Shown here: positions 17,304 to 28,482 of the stretch, piece by piece | Numbering within the stretch: the first letter of the stretch is position 1 | Layout: every line of letters begins with the position of its first letter | IMG/VR virus record: IMGVR_UViG_3300037042_004000 | Coordinates: 10,323-74,322 of that record | Strand: one strand, 5' to 3' | DNA from: a virus | DNA length: 64,000 bases | The notes under the pieces: generated by a model | Told to the model about the DNA's origin: nothing | Seen by the model: only the letters and a program-made list of their open reading frames with translations | The model's database searches: none | Made by a program: the position numbers and the translations under genes

Positions 17304-18878
17304 ATGCCAGAAAATTGTCCAATTGATATTACGCCATACGAACAATCGGGAGTAATTAAAACCCCTAATATAGTCAATCTTAATTATACTAATCAAGATT
17401 TTTGGTCTATGAAAAGTAGATTGGTTCAATTTATCAATGAGAGATTTGGTCCTAATGGCACAGTCATACCAAATACATTTAATGATTTAGTAGAATCTAG
17501 TATTGCTATCATGCTTATTGAAAATTGGGCATTTTTAGCTGATACTTTATCTTTTAAAATGGATCAGATTGTTAATGAGTTATTTATTGACACTGTAACA
17601 GAGATAGATAATGCTTTTCGTTTGTCTAAATTGGTTGGGTTTACACCTCAGCCGCCAATAGGCGCATCTTCTAAATGGTCTGCTACTATTAATATGGTTA
17701 CCGTAACTGATGTGATTGTTGATACTCCACTAGAAATTTCATTAGTGGCAAATAATGAATCAATAACAATTGAACTTTTCCAAGCAGATGCTAATGGAGA
17801 TCCTATTTTCGACATACCAATTACTATACCAGCAGGACAAGTAATTAATTCTAGCATAGTTGGTCTTGAAGGAAAAACATACACAGAAGAATTTGCTGGA
17901 ACTGGAGAAAGTTCTCAAGTAGTCACATTGTCCAATTCTCCAGTAATTTATGATTCGGCGCAAGTAGAGGTAGATGGAACTATTTGGACACAAGTAGATT
18001 ATTTTACAGATTCTCAACCAAGAAAAGAATATAGATTTGAACAAGATTCTACTTATGTTGGATATGTTGTATTTGGTAATAATAGAGCAGGATTAATACC
18101 TTCTCAGGGATCTAGAATTAGTGTTAGATATAGAGTAGGTGGTGGAAGTAGAGGCAATATTATTACTGGGTATGCCGATGTAACTAAACAAGCAATTGTA
18201 TCAGGTGTGGACTATAGAGTTCCTATTGTTTTCTCCAATTATACAAAAGGACAATATGGTTATGATGGGGATACAATTGAAGATATTAGGAGAAAATTAC
18301 CTGCTTGGATTAGAACACAAGACAGGGCTGTTTCTGGAAGTGATTATAAAACCTTGGCAGATCAGTTTTCGACAGCGTATCATGGACAAATTGGAAAATC
18401 AAATGCCATTTTGAGAAACCACGGATGTGCAGGCAATATAATTGATTTGTTTATTTTGGCTAAAGATGGCACAGATGGATTAGATATCGCATCGAATGGA
18501 TTGAAGGTAGCTTTAATGGAGGAATTAACTGATAAGAAAATGTTAACAGATTTTATGTGCATCAGAGATGGTAGCATAATCTATGTTGATGTTACTATTG
18601 AGGCTACTTTGGATAAGTTTAACAGAAAGTTTCAAGAAGAAATAAAGGCGTGGATTCAAGATAGGGCTACCATATTTTTCTCAATCAATAATTGGGAGTA
18701 TGGACAATCATTAAAGATTGCTGATCTAGTAAGAGATTTGTCTGATATAAAACAAGTTTCTAGTTTTTTGGCTAATTTTATAACTGCTGATCCAGATAAT
18801 TCAGGAGAATTAGTTACTGCCAAGTATTATGAAATAATTAGACCGGACGAAATTACCATTTCGTTTTTGTACACTTAA
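17304..18878 (+). CDS. Baseplate wedge gp6/J-like protein
   Basis: YTNQDF, YRVGGGSRGN, QDRAVSGSDY motifs. Confidence 0.9.
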   Translation: MPENCPIDITPYEQSGVIKTPNIVNLNYTNQDFWSMKSRLVQFINERFGPNGTVIPNTFNDLVESSIAIMLIENWAFLADTLSFKMDQIVNELFIDTVTEIDNAFRLSKLVGFTPQPPIGASSKWSATINMVTVTDVIVDTPLEISLVANNESITIELFQADANGDPIFDIPITIPAGQVINSSIVGLEGKTYTEEFAGTGESSQVVTLSNSPVIYDSAQVEVDGTIWTQVDYFTDSQPRKEYRFEQDSTYVGYVVFGNNRAGLIPSQGSRISVRYRVGGGSRGNIITGYADVTKQAIVSGVDYRVPIVFSNYTKGQYGYDGDTIEDIRRKLPAWIRTQDRAVSGSDYKTLADQFSTAYHGQIGKSNAILRNHGCAGNIIDLFILAKDGTDGLDIASNGLKVALMEELTDKKMLTDFMCIRDGSIIYVDVTIEATLDKFNRKFQEEIKAWIQDRATIFFSINNWEYGQSLKIADLVRDLSDIKQVSSFLANFITADPDNSGELVTAKYYEIIRPDEITISFLYT

Positions 18879-18888
18879 AGGAGCAATT

Positions 18889-21800
18889 GTGGCTACAAAG
18901 AGGATAACTCAATCACCAACCATATCAGATCAAATAATCTTTGACATTTTATGTCCAGGGTCCGATGGTTGTTTTGCAAGTGATCCGTATATGGTAAGCA
19001 CCGTTACTGTTTATTATGTGGAAAGAAATTTTACTAGTGATAATTTTGGTGAATATAATGGAGTAGATGAAACATTACAGGCAGAATACGATGCAGCCAG
19101 AGAAGCTGCTTGTGCCGATCCTAGTGAAATCAATCTTGCTATTCTAAATCAGCTTGAAACAAGAATGTCACTAGAAAGTAGTTTTACACAATTTTATTAT
19201 AAAGATGCCAAAACGGTATTAGTGGTTGGTTCTTCAAGTATGCCAGCGTGGATAGGGACAGATATTGAAAATTCAAGACTTATTCACATTGATGAAGATG
19301 TTGATGAGAATGTTCAGTATGGAAACTTTGAATTAGAATGGTCGCCTTTGGGTATGAGAGAAGGGGATTATTTTATTTGTTGGACATGGTATCCCAATAT
19401 TGGTGGCAGTTCTTTAACATCTCATTTATATTTTAGTTTGGGTGGCAGCACACAACTTACTACTAGCATCCCTACACATTTTACACAACCTAAAAAATAT
19501 GAGACTTTATTAGACCGATACCTTCCTGAAATGTTTAAAACCACTCTTTGTAATGGAGATTTAACTCCTAAAGTATTGAGTGAGTTTGACATGGCTATTG
19601 CTAAAGGGTTTACATTTTTAGAAGATATGGCAAACCAAATGGTGGATTTATTAGATGCCAATGCTACTCACGAATCGTTTCTTCCAGCTTTAGCAAGCAT
19701 GTTTAATTTAAAATTACGGTCTCAAGACCCGACTAGATGGCGAAGACAAATAAAAAATTCAGTTCCACTCTTCAAAAAGAAAGGGACTTTAATAGGATTA
19801 ACAGAAGCTTTAGCAGAAACAGGCATAATTCTTAATAGTTTTGTTAGGTTGTGGCAAGTTATTTCTTCATATACTTGGCAAGAATTGTTAGATATTACAG
19901 AAAATGGACAAGATACATTTGACTTAAGTCAGCTAGCATTGTTACCAATTGATACAAGTAATTTTGAATTATATTATCGAGGTGTAAATGATACAGAATG
20001 GACAACGATGGCTTCTACAAATGTTTCTATTTCAGAAGTAGATGGAGTTACAGTAGTGACATGGTTGGGAAGTCCTTTGGTTGTAGGAGACTCTTTAAGA
20101 ATTGTTTACCAAACAAATATAATTACAACACCACAAGAGCAACTTATAGAGATTTATATTCGAAGTCTTCCGATAGCAGATCAAAGAGATGAAAGAGATC
20201 AAATATATCCATTGAAAAATTGGAATGTTAGAGTAATAGAAGAAAATGACCCATATTTTGATGTTGTAATTCCAACAAGACATCCATATTACGATCCTTT
20301 AGTTTTTGGTTGGGTTCGAACAGAGTTTCCTTATAGTGAAAATATCTATAATATGGATGAATATAATGGTAGTGTAAGAGATTCATTAAATCCTTGTGAT
20401 ATTGATAGAGAGTTCATAGATTATTGTCACGGTGGCCAAAGTAGTTTATTTAACATTGATTTAGAGATAGAAGAACTTTGTGAAGATAGGATTTCAGAAG
20501 CTAGAGAGATTGTAGAAGAATATGTTCCTTTCCATGCAATACCGCACACTATATCAATTAGTGGCGCTGTAAATGACTTTGTATCTTCTGGGCAGGAAGA
20601 AATTCAAGGATTAATAACAGTTCACGGAGAAGAAACAACAATATCGGGCAATGGGCAAATGATATTCAACAGAGTTATGGCTGAAGGTTGTCAAATATTG
20701 AGAGATGAATTGGCAACGGCAACGGTAGAAGTTACTACAACTGATATGGCTTATAATGATGAGGTTGTATTGTTTTCTCCAGACAATAAATTAGATGAGA
20801 TCGGATTATCTGTCAGTAATGTTTTAGAGATTTTATCTCCTGGCCCACCTTGGGTTACTCAACCGGAAATAAATGTTGGAATATATTCTTTGTCAGACGT
20901 GCAAGGGAATTATGGGGTTGTTTCTGGAAGCATTCCTTTGCCTGTAGACAATCGTTCTTTTGCTTATCGTTTGTCTAATGATTTTTATAGTAACAGTGAT
21001 ACTACAATTTTTCAAGAATTTGTATTTAATGATGATAATATTAGTTTTGTAGATTTGTGGAACGATGAAACTCCAGAAAATGCTTATGACGGAAGTTGGA
21101 CTTTGGTTTTAGCAGGTTATCCATATACAGGAGATAATGTCTATGAAGTCATTTCTATGGATATAGATGGCAATTTACGGTTGGATAATTTTCTTAAGAT
21201 TGGTTGTACTTTGCCATCCACAGACACCACGGGCATTAATTATATTTTAAAAGATGATTCTGGAAACACAATCGCTTCTGGCGCTACTGGTGAATGGACA
21301 GAAACTACAAGGGGATTAGTTGATATAAGTAGTGAAGTATCTTTAGACGATGTCATGAACATAATTAAAATTGGCAACTATGTTTTATATAATGGACTTC
21401 AATATCGAGTAGATGCCTTTTTAGATATGCATAGATTCTATATTAGTAAATATACAGATGGAACAGCCAGTAGCATTTTAATTCATGTTTATGACAGATT
21501 AATAGATACAGCTATTGGGTATTTTAATTATCGTGGAATGACTTTAGAAACAATTGTTAATTATGAAACAGCGTTGAGCATCTCTAACGGCAAAAATTCT
21601 ACAATTCCAGAAGATTTATTGAAAGATGATAATAATTTTAAAGAGAATTTTTTAATTATGATTACAATTTCTGGAACTGATTATTATTATGCTATATCTG
21701 ATATTGATAATACTATAATAACATTGAATGGTCCTTACCAAACTTGGGGTTTATCTTCTGAGATTCTGGCTCCAAATGTCTCATTCCAAATCATTAAATA

Positions 21801-22038
21801 TGCGAAAAATGGTCCGGTTGATATAGCCCCAAGAATTGCGCCTGTTTGGCCAGGACATGAATTTAGATTTTTAGATCGTAGAGGAAATGAAGTCATACAA
21901 GTACATAATTCAGAGACCGACGAGATTACTGGATTGGCGATGGCGACAGCATTGAATCAAGATCAATCTAAAGATGTGGTGTCTCAAAAAGAAAATATTA
22001 GCTTAAAGATAACATGGTTCGATCAGGAGAAAAAATGA
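18889..22038 (+). CDS. Large baseplate wedge protein (gp7/P2 gpI-like domain)
   Basis: FLPALA....WRRQIKN..PLFKKKGT..GL; acidic. Confidence 0.75.
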   Translation: MATKRITQSPTISDQIIFDILCPGSDGCFASDPYMVSTVTVYYVERNFTSDNFGEYNGVDETLQAEYDAAREAACADPSEINLAILNQLETRMSLESSFTQFYYKDAKTVLVVGSSSMPAWIGTDIENSRLIHIDEDVDENVQYGNFELEWSPLGMREGDYFICWTWYPNIGGSSLTSHLYFSLGGSTQLTTSIPTHFTQPKKYETLLDRYLPEMFKTTLCNGDLTPKVLSEFDMAIAKGFTFLEDMANQMVDLLDANATHESFLPALASMFNLKLRSQDPTRWRRQIKNSVPLFKKKGTLIGLTEALAETGIILNSFVRLWQVISSYTWQELLDITENGQDTFDLSQLALLPIDTSNFELYYRGVNDTEWTTMASTNVSISEVDGVTVVTWLGSPLVVGDSLRIVYQTNIITTPQEQLIEIYIRSLPIADQRDERDQIYPLKNWNVRVIEENDPYFDVVIPTRHPYYDPLVFGWVRTEFPYSENIYNMDEYNGSVRDSLNPCDIDREFIDYCHGGQSSLFNIDLEIEELCEDRISEAREIVEEYVPFHAIPHTISISGAVNDFVSSGQEEIQGLITVHGEETTISGNGQMIFNRVMAEGCQILRDELATATVEVTTTDMAYNDEVVLFSPDNKLDEIGLSVSNVLEILSPGPPWVTQPEINVGIYSLSDVQGNYGVVSGSIPLPVDNRSFAYRLSNDFYSNSDTTIFQEFVFNDDNISFVDLWNDETPENAYDGSWTLVLAGYPYTGDNVYEVISMDIDGNLRLDNFLKIGCTLPSTDTTGINYILKDDSGNTIASGATGEWTETTRGLVDISSEVSLDDVMNIIKIGNYVLYNGLQYRVDAFLDMHRFYISKYTDGTASSILIHVYDRLIDTAIGYFNYRGMTLETIVNYETALSISNGKNSTIPEDLLKDDNNFKENFLIMITISGTDYYYAISDIDNTIITLNGPYQTWGLSSEILAPNVSFQIIKYAKNGPVDIAPRIAPVWPGHEFRFLDRRGNEVIQVHNSETDEITGLAMATALNQDQSKDVVSQKENISLKITWFDQEKK

Positions 22039-22505
22039 ACGATAATATAAAATCAGAAGGTTTTGTTGATATTATAATTGATTATGTCGATGGCCGACAA
22101 GAAATAATCAGTTTTAAAAATACGGTATTAAGAACTGGTCGTATAGCGTTGGCCAAAAGCTTGGCTAATGAGTTTGGCTCCGACTATGATTACTACATTA
22201 CATCTATGTTGTTTGGCAATGGTGGAACAGTTGGTGGTGTTCCAAAAGTAGTATCAACTACCAGAAGTGGTTTATTTGGGACTACTCTTAAAACTAAGAA
22301 TGTTTCCGTTACTTTAGATCCTGTTCAACCTACTCAAGTAACATTTACATCCGTTCTCACCACAAGTGATTGTAATGGAGAGGTCTTGAATGAAATGGCA
22401 TTGCGAATGAATGATGGTGATTTATATAGTATGGCTACATTCCCTGATTTAAATAAGACATCTGCAATGGCGCTTACATGGGTGTGGTCTGTTAATTTTA
22501 TTTAA
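22035..22505 (+). CDS. Baseplate/tail-fibre attachment protein
   Basis: KNTVLRTGR, LNEMAL, FPDLNKTS...W motifs. Confidence 0.7.
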   Translation: MNDNIKSEGFVDIIIDYVDGRQEIISFKNTVLRTGRIALAKSLANEFGSDYDYYITSMLFGNGGTVGGVPKVVSTTRSGLFGTTLKTKNVSVTLDPVQPTQVTFTSVLTTSDCNGEVLNEMALRMNDGDLYSMATFPDLNKTSAMALTWVWSVNFI

Positions 22506-22517
22506 TAAGGAGAAACT

Positions 22518-23276
22518 ATGCCAAACATAAATTTAATTCCAGCGGTGCTTTTTGAGGCAATGCAGCCTTATCACTTTCAATATGATAATCTTCCATTACA
22601 AGCCATTTTAGATCGCTTGGGAGTTGTTAATAGCGCAGTAGACAATGATTCTCAGCAAATAAGAGAATCTGTTGGTACGCAGGGAACTTTAGCAAATCGT
22701 TTAACACAATCAATCAATGATGACGGCTCTTTAAAAACTGATGCTGTTGATGCTACTCTTCATAGCATTGAGGAACATACAGATGGTGCTACTTATGTTC
22801 GCATGACGGATATAGAGAGAGATAAACTTGTTCTTATTTCTGAAAACGCAACAGCTTTAGCAATGCAATTTGATACTGGTTCAACTATAGTTTTATTTGA
22901 GGATGAAGTGGTAGAGTTTTTGGATTCTGCTACTGTTACTTGGACTGTAACTGCGCCAAATAAGGTCAAGGCTAATATGGCATGGCCTGAAGATGCAGCG
23001 CATTTACATTTTTATGGAATGACTCCGGTAGCTGTTGGTGGTTATCAAAATTATAAAACCACATCTATAAGCACTCCTTTTATGGAAGACACTTTGCGTG
23101 TCTTTATCAATGGTATAGCAATATTCTCTGATGATGACATATATGTTCCAGATTCTACACATACAACATGGACACTCACATCGTTTACGCCTAATTATAC
23201 TGCTGGGACTTTTGCTCTTAGCAGGGCAATAGACGCTTCTGACATAATAAGAATAGATTTTGACACGGATTTTTGA
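22518..23276 (+). CDS. Virion structural protein
   Basis: Acidic, Thr-rich; LRVFING motif; AAGGAG SD. Confidence 0.65.
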   Translation: MPNINLIPAVLFEAMQPYHFQYDNLPLQAILDRLGVVNSAVDNDSQQIRESVGTQGTLANRLTQSINDDGSLKTDAVDATLHSIEEHTDGATYVRMTDIERDKLVLISENATALAMQFDTGSTIVLFEDEVVEFLDSATVTWTVTAPNKVKANMAWPEDAAHLHFYGMTPVAVGGYQNYKTTSISTPFMEDTLRVFINGIAIFSDDDIYVPDSTHTTWTLTSFTPNYTAGTFALSRAIDASDIIRIDFDTDF

Positions 23277-23836
23277 TGCTACATAAATTTAAAGATTTAA
23301 ATTTTGGGTTTGTAATTATTGCGCCAGAACACAACATTGGAAACATTATGTGTACAGTTCGCACTATTAAAAATAATTACCAAGGTATACAACACATATG
23401 CGTAGTCGGCAATAACACTTCTACAGATGAAATTAAGGAATTAAACGGGGTTTGTTTAACAATTAAAGGTAAAAACACTATAACATCGTTAATAAATTGT
23501 GGAATTAAAAAGGGTTGTAAAGAGTGGAATGTAATTGTAATGGAGGGAACCCCTGTTAAAAAAGGAATTGATAAAAAATATTCTTTATTTGTAGAAAATG
23601 AAAAAGATGTCTTATTTCCAATAATTATGGATTATAACAGGGATGGAATGCCCAGCAAAATAAGAAGTTCTTTTGAAGAAGCAAGTCTTAACGGCATGAT
23701 GATTCACCAAAAGACTTTTAAAACGGTAGGTGATTTTGTAGATGCGCCCATTCCTACATCCAAATTTATGTGGGCTTTAGGGGCTGCTGAAATCGGATGC
23801 AAGTTTAAGGGCGTTTTAGGAACGGCATTAATGTAA
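23276..23836 (+). CDS. GT-A (family 2-like) fold protein, degenerate
   Basis: FVII...N..I..TV.TI, INCGI....EW pattern; lacks DD and DxD. Confidence 0.55.
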   Translation: MLHKFKDLNFGFVIIAPEHNIGNIMCTVRTIKNNYQGIQHICVVGNNTSTDEIKELNGVCLTIKGKNTITSLINCGIKKGCKEWNVIVMEGTPVKKGIDKKYSLFVENEKDVLFPIIMDYNRDGMPSKIRSSFEEASLNGMMIHQKTFKTVGDFVDAPIPTSKFMWALGAAEIGCKFKGVLGTALM

Positions 23837-24373
23837 TTCCACAGCCTCTATCAATACCCAATCATTGTTCAATTGTATTGTATTGTTATCAATTAAAGTT
23901 AATTGTTTCACTACTTCTTCTATTGATGTGTAAACATCTTTAATTTGAATTACTCCAAAAAGCCATCTTGGCAATTTGTACAAACCACCTTCGCAAACAA
24001 AAAACATAGGTTTGTGTTGATTCTCTGCCACATAAATTTCATTGGCTGTTCCCCATTGTGGAATTGTTGGATGAATCATGACCACCATAAAATCACAATA
24101 ATCTACAAACCTTAAATCATGGTGGCGATAAGATTGAACATATTGTTGAAGTTCTTCAAAACGACCAGTGGATTGTAGATTTGTTTGAAGTTCTTGGTCT
24201 TCTCTAGATTGAATAGTTCCTTCAATTGGTTTATTTGTGGGGTCGATATGGGCAATTTTTAATCCATTTGTTTTGGTTAAATTAATAAATTGTTTTCTCC
24301 AACCTACACCATGATCCGCAGCACATTCAATTGCGCCACTTAAATACGTGATTGCACCGTCTAATTGTCCCAT
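23828..24373 (-). CDS. Nucleoside 2-deoxyribosyltransferase-like protein
   Basis: YLSGAI...WR...DP...DL..V..CD...GTANEI...KP. Confidence 0.75.
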   Translation of the reverse strand: MGQLDGAITYLSGAIECAADHGVGWRKQFINLTKTNGLKIAHIDPTNKPIEGTIQSREDQELQTNLQSTGRFEELQQYVQSYRHHDLRFVDYCDFMVVMIHPTIPQWGTANEIYVAENQHKPMFFVCEGGLYKLPRWLFGVIQIKDVYTSIEEVVKQLTLIDNNTIQLNNDWVLIEAVELH

Positions 24374-24414
24374 ATTATTACTCTTATATAATATCTTATT
24401 TTAAGGAGAGCCAA

Positions 24415-25089
24415 ATGTCAAGCCAAATACATGAACAAATTTCAGAAACACTCAAAAACAAAGAAATAATAAATAGACATAGTTTCTTTCAATTACGATA
24501 TTTTTTGATTGGTAAAGAACCAACTCATCAGTCCAGAATGTGGCGATGCATACGGGAACTGGAAGTTAGAAAACAATCAATAGAGGGGGCCAATATAGAA
24601 TTAGAGGATATTAGTGATAAAAAGGAATTAATGGAGATTGAAACAGAGAAATTATTAAAACAAAAAACAGAAGCAGAAATGGAGGGTAAAGAACTAAATA
24701 TTAGAGAGCTTGATGTTAAGCTTCGTCGTATGGCCCGTAGAAAGGCTGCCCACAGCAAATCAGTTGAAACTTTACAAAAGAAATTAAAGGAGATTGAAGA
24801 AGAAGCTGTTTTTCTTTTAACTGCTTTCGAAAAATTAGAGGAACTAGAGCCATTAAAGCCTTATGATGATATGAAATCTCAAATGGAATTTTGGAATCAG
24901 AAAATATCTCAAGAAATACAACTTAGGAGTTTGCAAGGATTGCCATTAGACTTAGAAGTTATGAAAACAGCATTGGCGTTAGATGACAAAATGCCAGTAA
25001 AACAACAATTACTTGGTTCTTTGGCTAGTGCCAAAAAATTAATGACCGAAAAGATGATAGATAAGACAGAGGTAAAAGATGGCAAATGA
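24415..25089 (+). CDS. Coiled-coil hypothetical protein
   Basis: AAGGAG SD; start reassigned to MSSQIH. Confidence 0.75.
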   Translation: MSSQIHEQISETLKNKEIINRHSFFQLRYFLIGKEPTHQSRMWRCIRELEVRKQSIEGANIELEDISDKKELMEIETEKLLKQKTEAEMEGKELNIRELDVKLRRMARRKAAHSKSVETLQKKLKEIEEEAVFLLTAFEKLEELEPLKPYDDMKSQMEFWNQKISQEIQLRSLQGLPLDLEVMKTALALDDKMPVKQQLLGSLASAKKLMTEKMIDKTEVKDGK

Positions 25090-26158
25090 TAGAGTTTCAA
25101 GTTTAGATACAGGGTATGTAACAGGGGATCTCTCTGTATATCCACAAGCGTTAGATACTAAAGATATACTTTATGAAGCAAAAAACAATGCAGAAACTAC
25201 CTTGTACCAAACTTTGCCATACTCTGGAAAATATATTGTTGTAGATGATGCTTCAGGTTTCCCCGATAAAGGGTTGTTAAGAATCGGTCCTTTAAGTACC
25301 GTTATTTCTTTACAAAAAGGGGATGTTTTTCCTAGAAGGGTTCCTGGAACTCCAGGAGACTCTGAATTTGTTTATTATGGCTTAAAAACGGGCAATGTTT
25401 TTAAAGACTTAATACGGGGGTATGCTAAAACTATACAGTCACAATGGCCAATTGGAACACCTGTTTCTAACTCTGTTTTTGCTGAACACCACAATGCAAT
25501 TAAAGACACTATTATTAATATTGAAAATTATCTAGGTGTTGAAAATACTCCAGCCAGCGGTTCTTTAAATAAAATATTGTCTAATTTAGAAGTTAAATTT
25601 TTGGCTCCTAAGCCACAATTTAGGGCTTTTCCTAAAAGTGGCAAACCATCATTATCTGTAACTTTTCAAAACTTTTCTAGCGGCGATGTTGTTAGATATT
25701 TGTGGGATTTTGGAGATAATACTACTTCTTTTGAGAAGAGTCCTTCACACACTTATAGTGCAGAAGGAATATACACTGTATCTTTGAATGTTATTACATC
25801 AACTGGCGCACAAGGAATTACAACAAAAAATAATTACATATCTATTTCAAATGAATATACTGTGCCATTTTTCTATGTTGAATTAGTTGATCCTAATTTG
25901 CCAGCTTATTCTCAAGGGACAGCAGATGAACTAGCAGTAGATGTTGCCATTATTAGATTTATAGATCAAACAACAGGAGATGTTGCCCAAAGAATTTGGA
26001 TTTTTGGTGATGGAGAAACGTTAACTGTAGATGATCCAGATGTACATATAGCAGAACACATATATGCTATTCCTGGTGATTATCAAGCAAGTGCTTTAAT
26101 AATTTTTGGGGACGAGTCTTACAAAAGAACCTTCACAGAGAACATTGAAATTTTATGA
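25079..26158 (+). CDS. PKD-domain virion protein
   Basis: WDFGD...PSHTY...G.YTVSL; second WIFGDG unit. Confidence 0.85.
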   Translation: MANDRVSSLDTGYVTGDLSVYPQALDTKDILYEAKNNAETTLYQTLPYSGKYIVVDDASGFPDKGLLRIGPLSTVISLQKGDVFPRRVPGTPGDSEFVYYGLKTGNVFKDLIRGYAKTIQSQWPIGTPVSNSVFAEHHNAIKDTIINIENYLGVENTPASGSLNKILSNLEVKFLAPKPQFRAFPKSGKPSLSVTFQNFSSGDVVRYLWDFGDNTTSFEKSPSHTYSAEGIYTVSLNVITSTGAQGITTKNNYISISNEYTVPFFYVELVDPNLPAYSQGTADELAVDVAIIRFIDQTTGDVAQRIWIFGDGETLTVDDPDVHIAEHIYAIPGDYQASALIIFGDESYKRTFTENIEIL

Positions 26159-28482
26159 GTTTAAGTAATTTTCCAATAGCCATTGACACAGAATTTAATT
26201 TATATGAAGTACATGATGGACTTAGAGTTAAATTAGCCGAAGATTATTCGCTTGGGGACACAAGTATTACAATTTATGACGAAAATAATGTAATGTCTAC
26301 TTTTCCAGATACAGGGATTATTACATTAACAGAACAATGTAGCGATGTTGATTTGCGAGCGTTAAGTTTTACATATTGCTCCAAAACTGATACTAGTTTT
26401 GATGGTTTGATAATTTTAGATGGGTTTATTGATAATGCAAAACCCAAGACATTGACCAATGTTACATTAAATGTTATGGCAGCACATCATAATGCGATTA
26501 AAGATGCTATAATTGCTGTTGAAGATTTTGTTGGAATAAAAGGTATAATAGACACGGTTCCATTTGGGCCAAAAATCGAAGGGCGATTAAACTTTTTAAG
26601 GAAAATGGTGTTTACTCCTAGAGCATGGTTTAGCGTTAATAATACAATTGGATTAGTTCCTTTAACTGTGACTTTTACTGATGAAAGTTTCAGATTGGGG
26701 GATGGAGATGTTACATTCTTATGGGACTTTGGGGACCATTCTGTTTCTAATATATCAATTATATCTGTGTTAGACACAGTTCCTACAAATGAAACAAATG
26801 TCATAGTGTACGATTTAAATGGCGGAAGTATTGCGAAAACATATACGTCCCCTGGGAAATATGATGTAACATTAACGGTAACTAATGAATTTGGACAAGA
26901 TATTGTCATATTTAATGAATTAATAATAGCTAGAATAGCGGCACCTGATGAGGCTGTTATAGATATAGTTCCTAAATCTACTCAAACAATTACTCAAGCA
27001 GGAAGTCCATCTGGTGGTCCTTATACAACCACGCCAATAATTAGATCGTCTACTAATAATTCTGTTATCATAGAAATTCAGAGTGGAAGAAATCCTGCTA
27101 CTGGAAGATCTTATGCTGGAGAAGAACTTGTTTGGGAAGGTGGTGCATGGATAGCCAGAGATCCGATTGAAGAATTTACTTGGAAATTTGGTGATGATTT
27201 AACGCATTCCAATTATCAAGACGCTGAAGCTTTGTTTTCAATTGGGGGAAATTATGATCTAATCCTTAGAGTAGATACTAATCTTGGAGCCTATAGAATT
27301 ACTAAATATACTGGTGCATTTGATATATTGGAATCACAAAATATTTGGTTGTGGACTTTTTCTGGTCCCAATCATGACCCTGGAGATTATTCTGTTTTAT
27401 CTTATTTGAAATTAGAAGGCGATATAAATGTTAATGAGTTTGGACTATTAAGTGAGACTTTTAAATCGTTGGGAACAACGTATACAATTCAACGAAGTGA
27501 TTCTTTTCTTGATGGTACTGCAAATGAGGATCAAGCAAAACAAGAGTTTAGAAGAAATGTAGCAGTAAATCCTAAATCAACAGTAACATCTGGCAATCAT
27601 GGGACAGCATTTCTTTATTATGCAACACAAGATAATGCTTTACCTGTGACCTTGTGTACTTATGGGGACCACATCGTTAATATTTTGGCATATAATGGAT
27701 TTGAAGACACTTATGTGCAACAAGATCAAATTACTAGACCCTGGAATTGGATTGCTTTATCTTCACCAACAAAAACTTATTTCCTATATGGTGCTCCTTG
27801 TACAAGAGATCCTTTCGAAAATCCTTCATATGACATAAGAACCGATTATGATTTGCTTACATCAGTTGCTACTGATTCTACGATGACAATAGCAGATTAT
27901 CAAAATGGCGCAGAAGAATTAATGTCATTTCCTTCTACTTATGACGGTGGAGGAGACCCTGAAAACGGTGAGTTTGCTGTTTATAAAACAGCTTGGAAAG
28001 ACAGTGCGGGATATATTTTGAGAAATAATGGAGTGGGAGCATACTTTAGGATTGCTAGTTTTTACAAAACAACTGGAACAGTAGGTGAAGAATTTCAATA
28101 TATCACTAAATTAACAGACATGGCAGGCCCAATTAAACAAGAAGGTCAGTTGGTAGCGTTGTCTGATGGTTTATTTTTCTTTAATAATACTGGAAACATA
28201 TCTGCTTATAATGCTACTTCTCAAGTTTGGGAAACTGGTGGCGCTAGTGCAGAGTCTTTATCTTTTAGATCTTTGCAAGATACAAGCATACAAGGATTTG
28301 ATCTTGTCACTAATACTTTGTTGGCAACATCTAATGGAGATAGAAGTGCTTATTTATCATTTGATTATTCCCCAAATGCTTTTATAAAATTTAATAGTCT
28401 TGAGCTTACCTTTAGTAATGTTGGTCCAAGACCTGGTTGGGAAGATAATACAAAACCACAATTTGCAATGGGGATGTACTGA
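26155..28482 (+). CDS. PKD-domain virion protein
   Basis: WDFGD and WKFGD units; N-domain shared with neighbours. Confidence 0.8.
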   Translation: MSLSNFPIAIDTEFNLYEVHDGLRVKLAEDYSLGDTSITIYDENNVMSTFPDTGIITLTEQCSDVDLRALSFTYCSKTDTSFDGLIILDGFIDNAKPKTLTNVTLNVMAAHHNAIKDAIIAVEDFVGIKGIIDTVPFGPKIEGRLNFLRKMVFTPRAWFSVNNTIGLVPLTVTFTDESFRLGDGDVTFLWDFGDHSVSNISIISVLDTVPTNETNVIVYDLNGGSIAKTYTSPGKYDVTLTVTNEFGQDIVIFNELIIARIAAPDEAVIDIVPKSTQTITQAGSPSGGPYTTTPIIRSSTNNSVIIEIQSGRNPATGRSYAGEELVWEGGAWIARDPIEEFTWKFGDDLTHSNYQDAEALFSIGGNYDLILRVDTNLGAYRITKYTGAFDILESQNIWLWTFSGPNHDPGDYSVLSYLKLEGDINVNEFGLLSETFKSLGTTYTIQRSDSFLDGTANEDQAKQEFRRNVAVNPKSTVTSGNHGTAFLYYATQDNALPVTLCTYGDHIVNILAYNGFEDTYVQQDQITRPWNWIALSSPTKTYFLYGAPCTRDPFENPSYDIRTDYDLLTSVATDSTMTIADYQNGAEELMSFPSTYDGGGDPENGEFAVYKTAWKDSAGYILRNNGVGAYFRIASFYKTTGTVGEEFQYITKLTDMAGPIKQEGQLVALSDGLFFFNNTGNISAYNATSQVWETGGASAESLSFRSLQDTSIQGFDLVTNTLLATSNGDRSAYLSFDYSPNAFIKFNSLELTFSNVGPRPGWEDNTKPQFAMGMY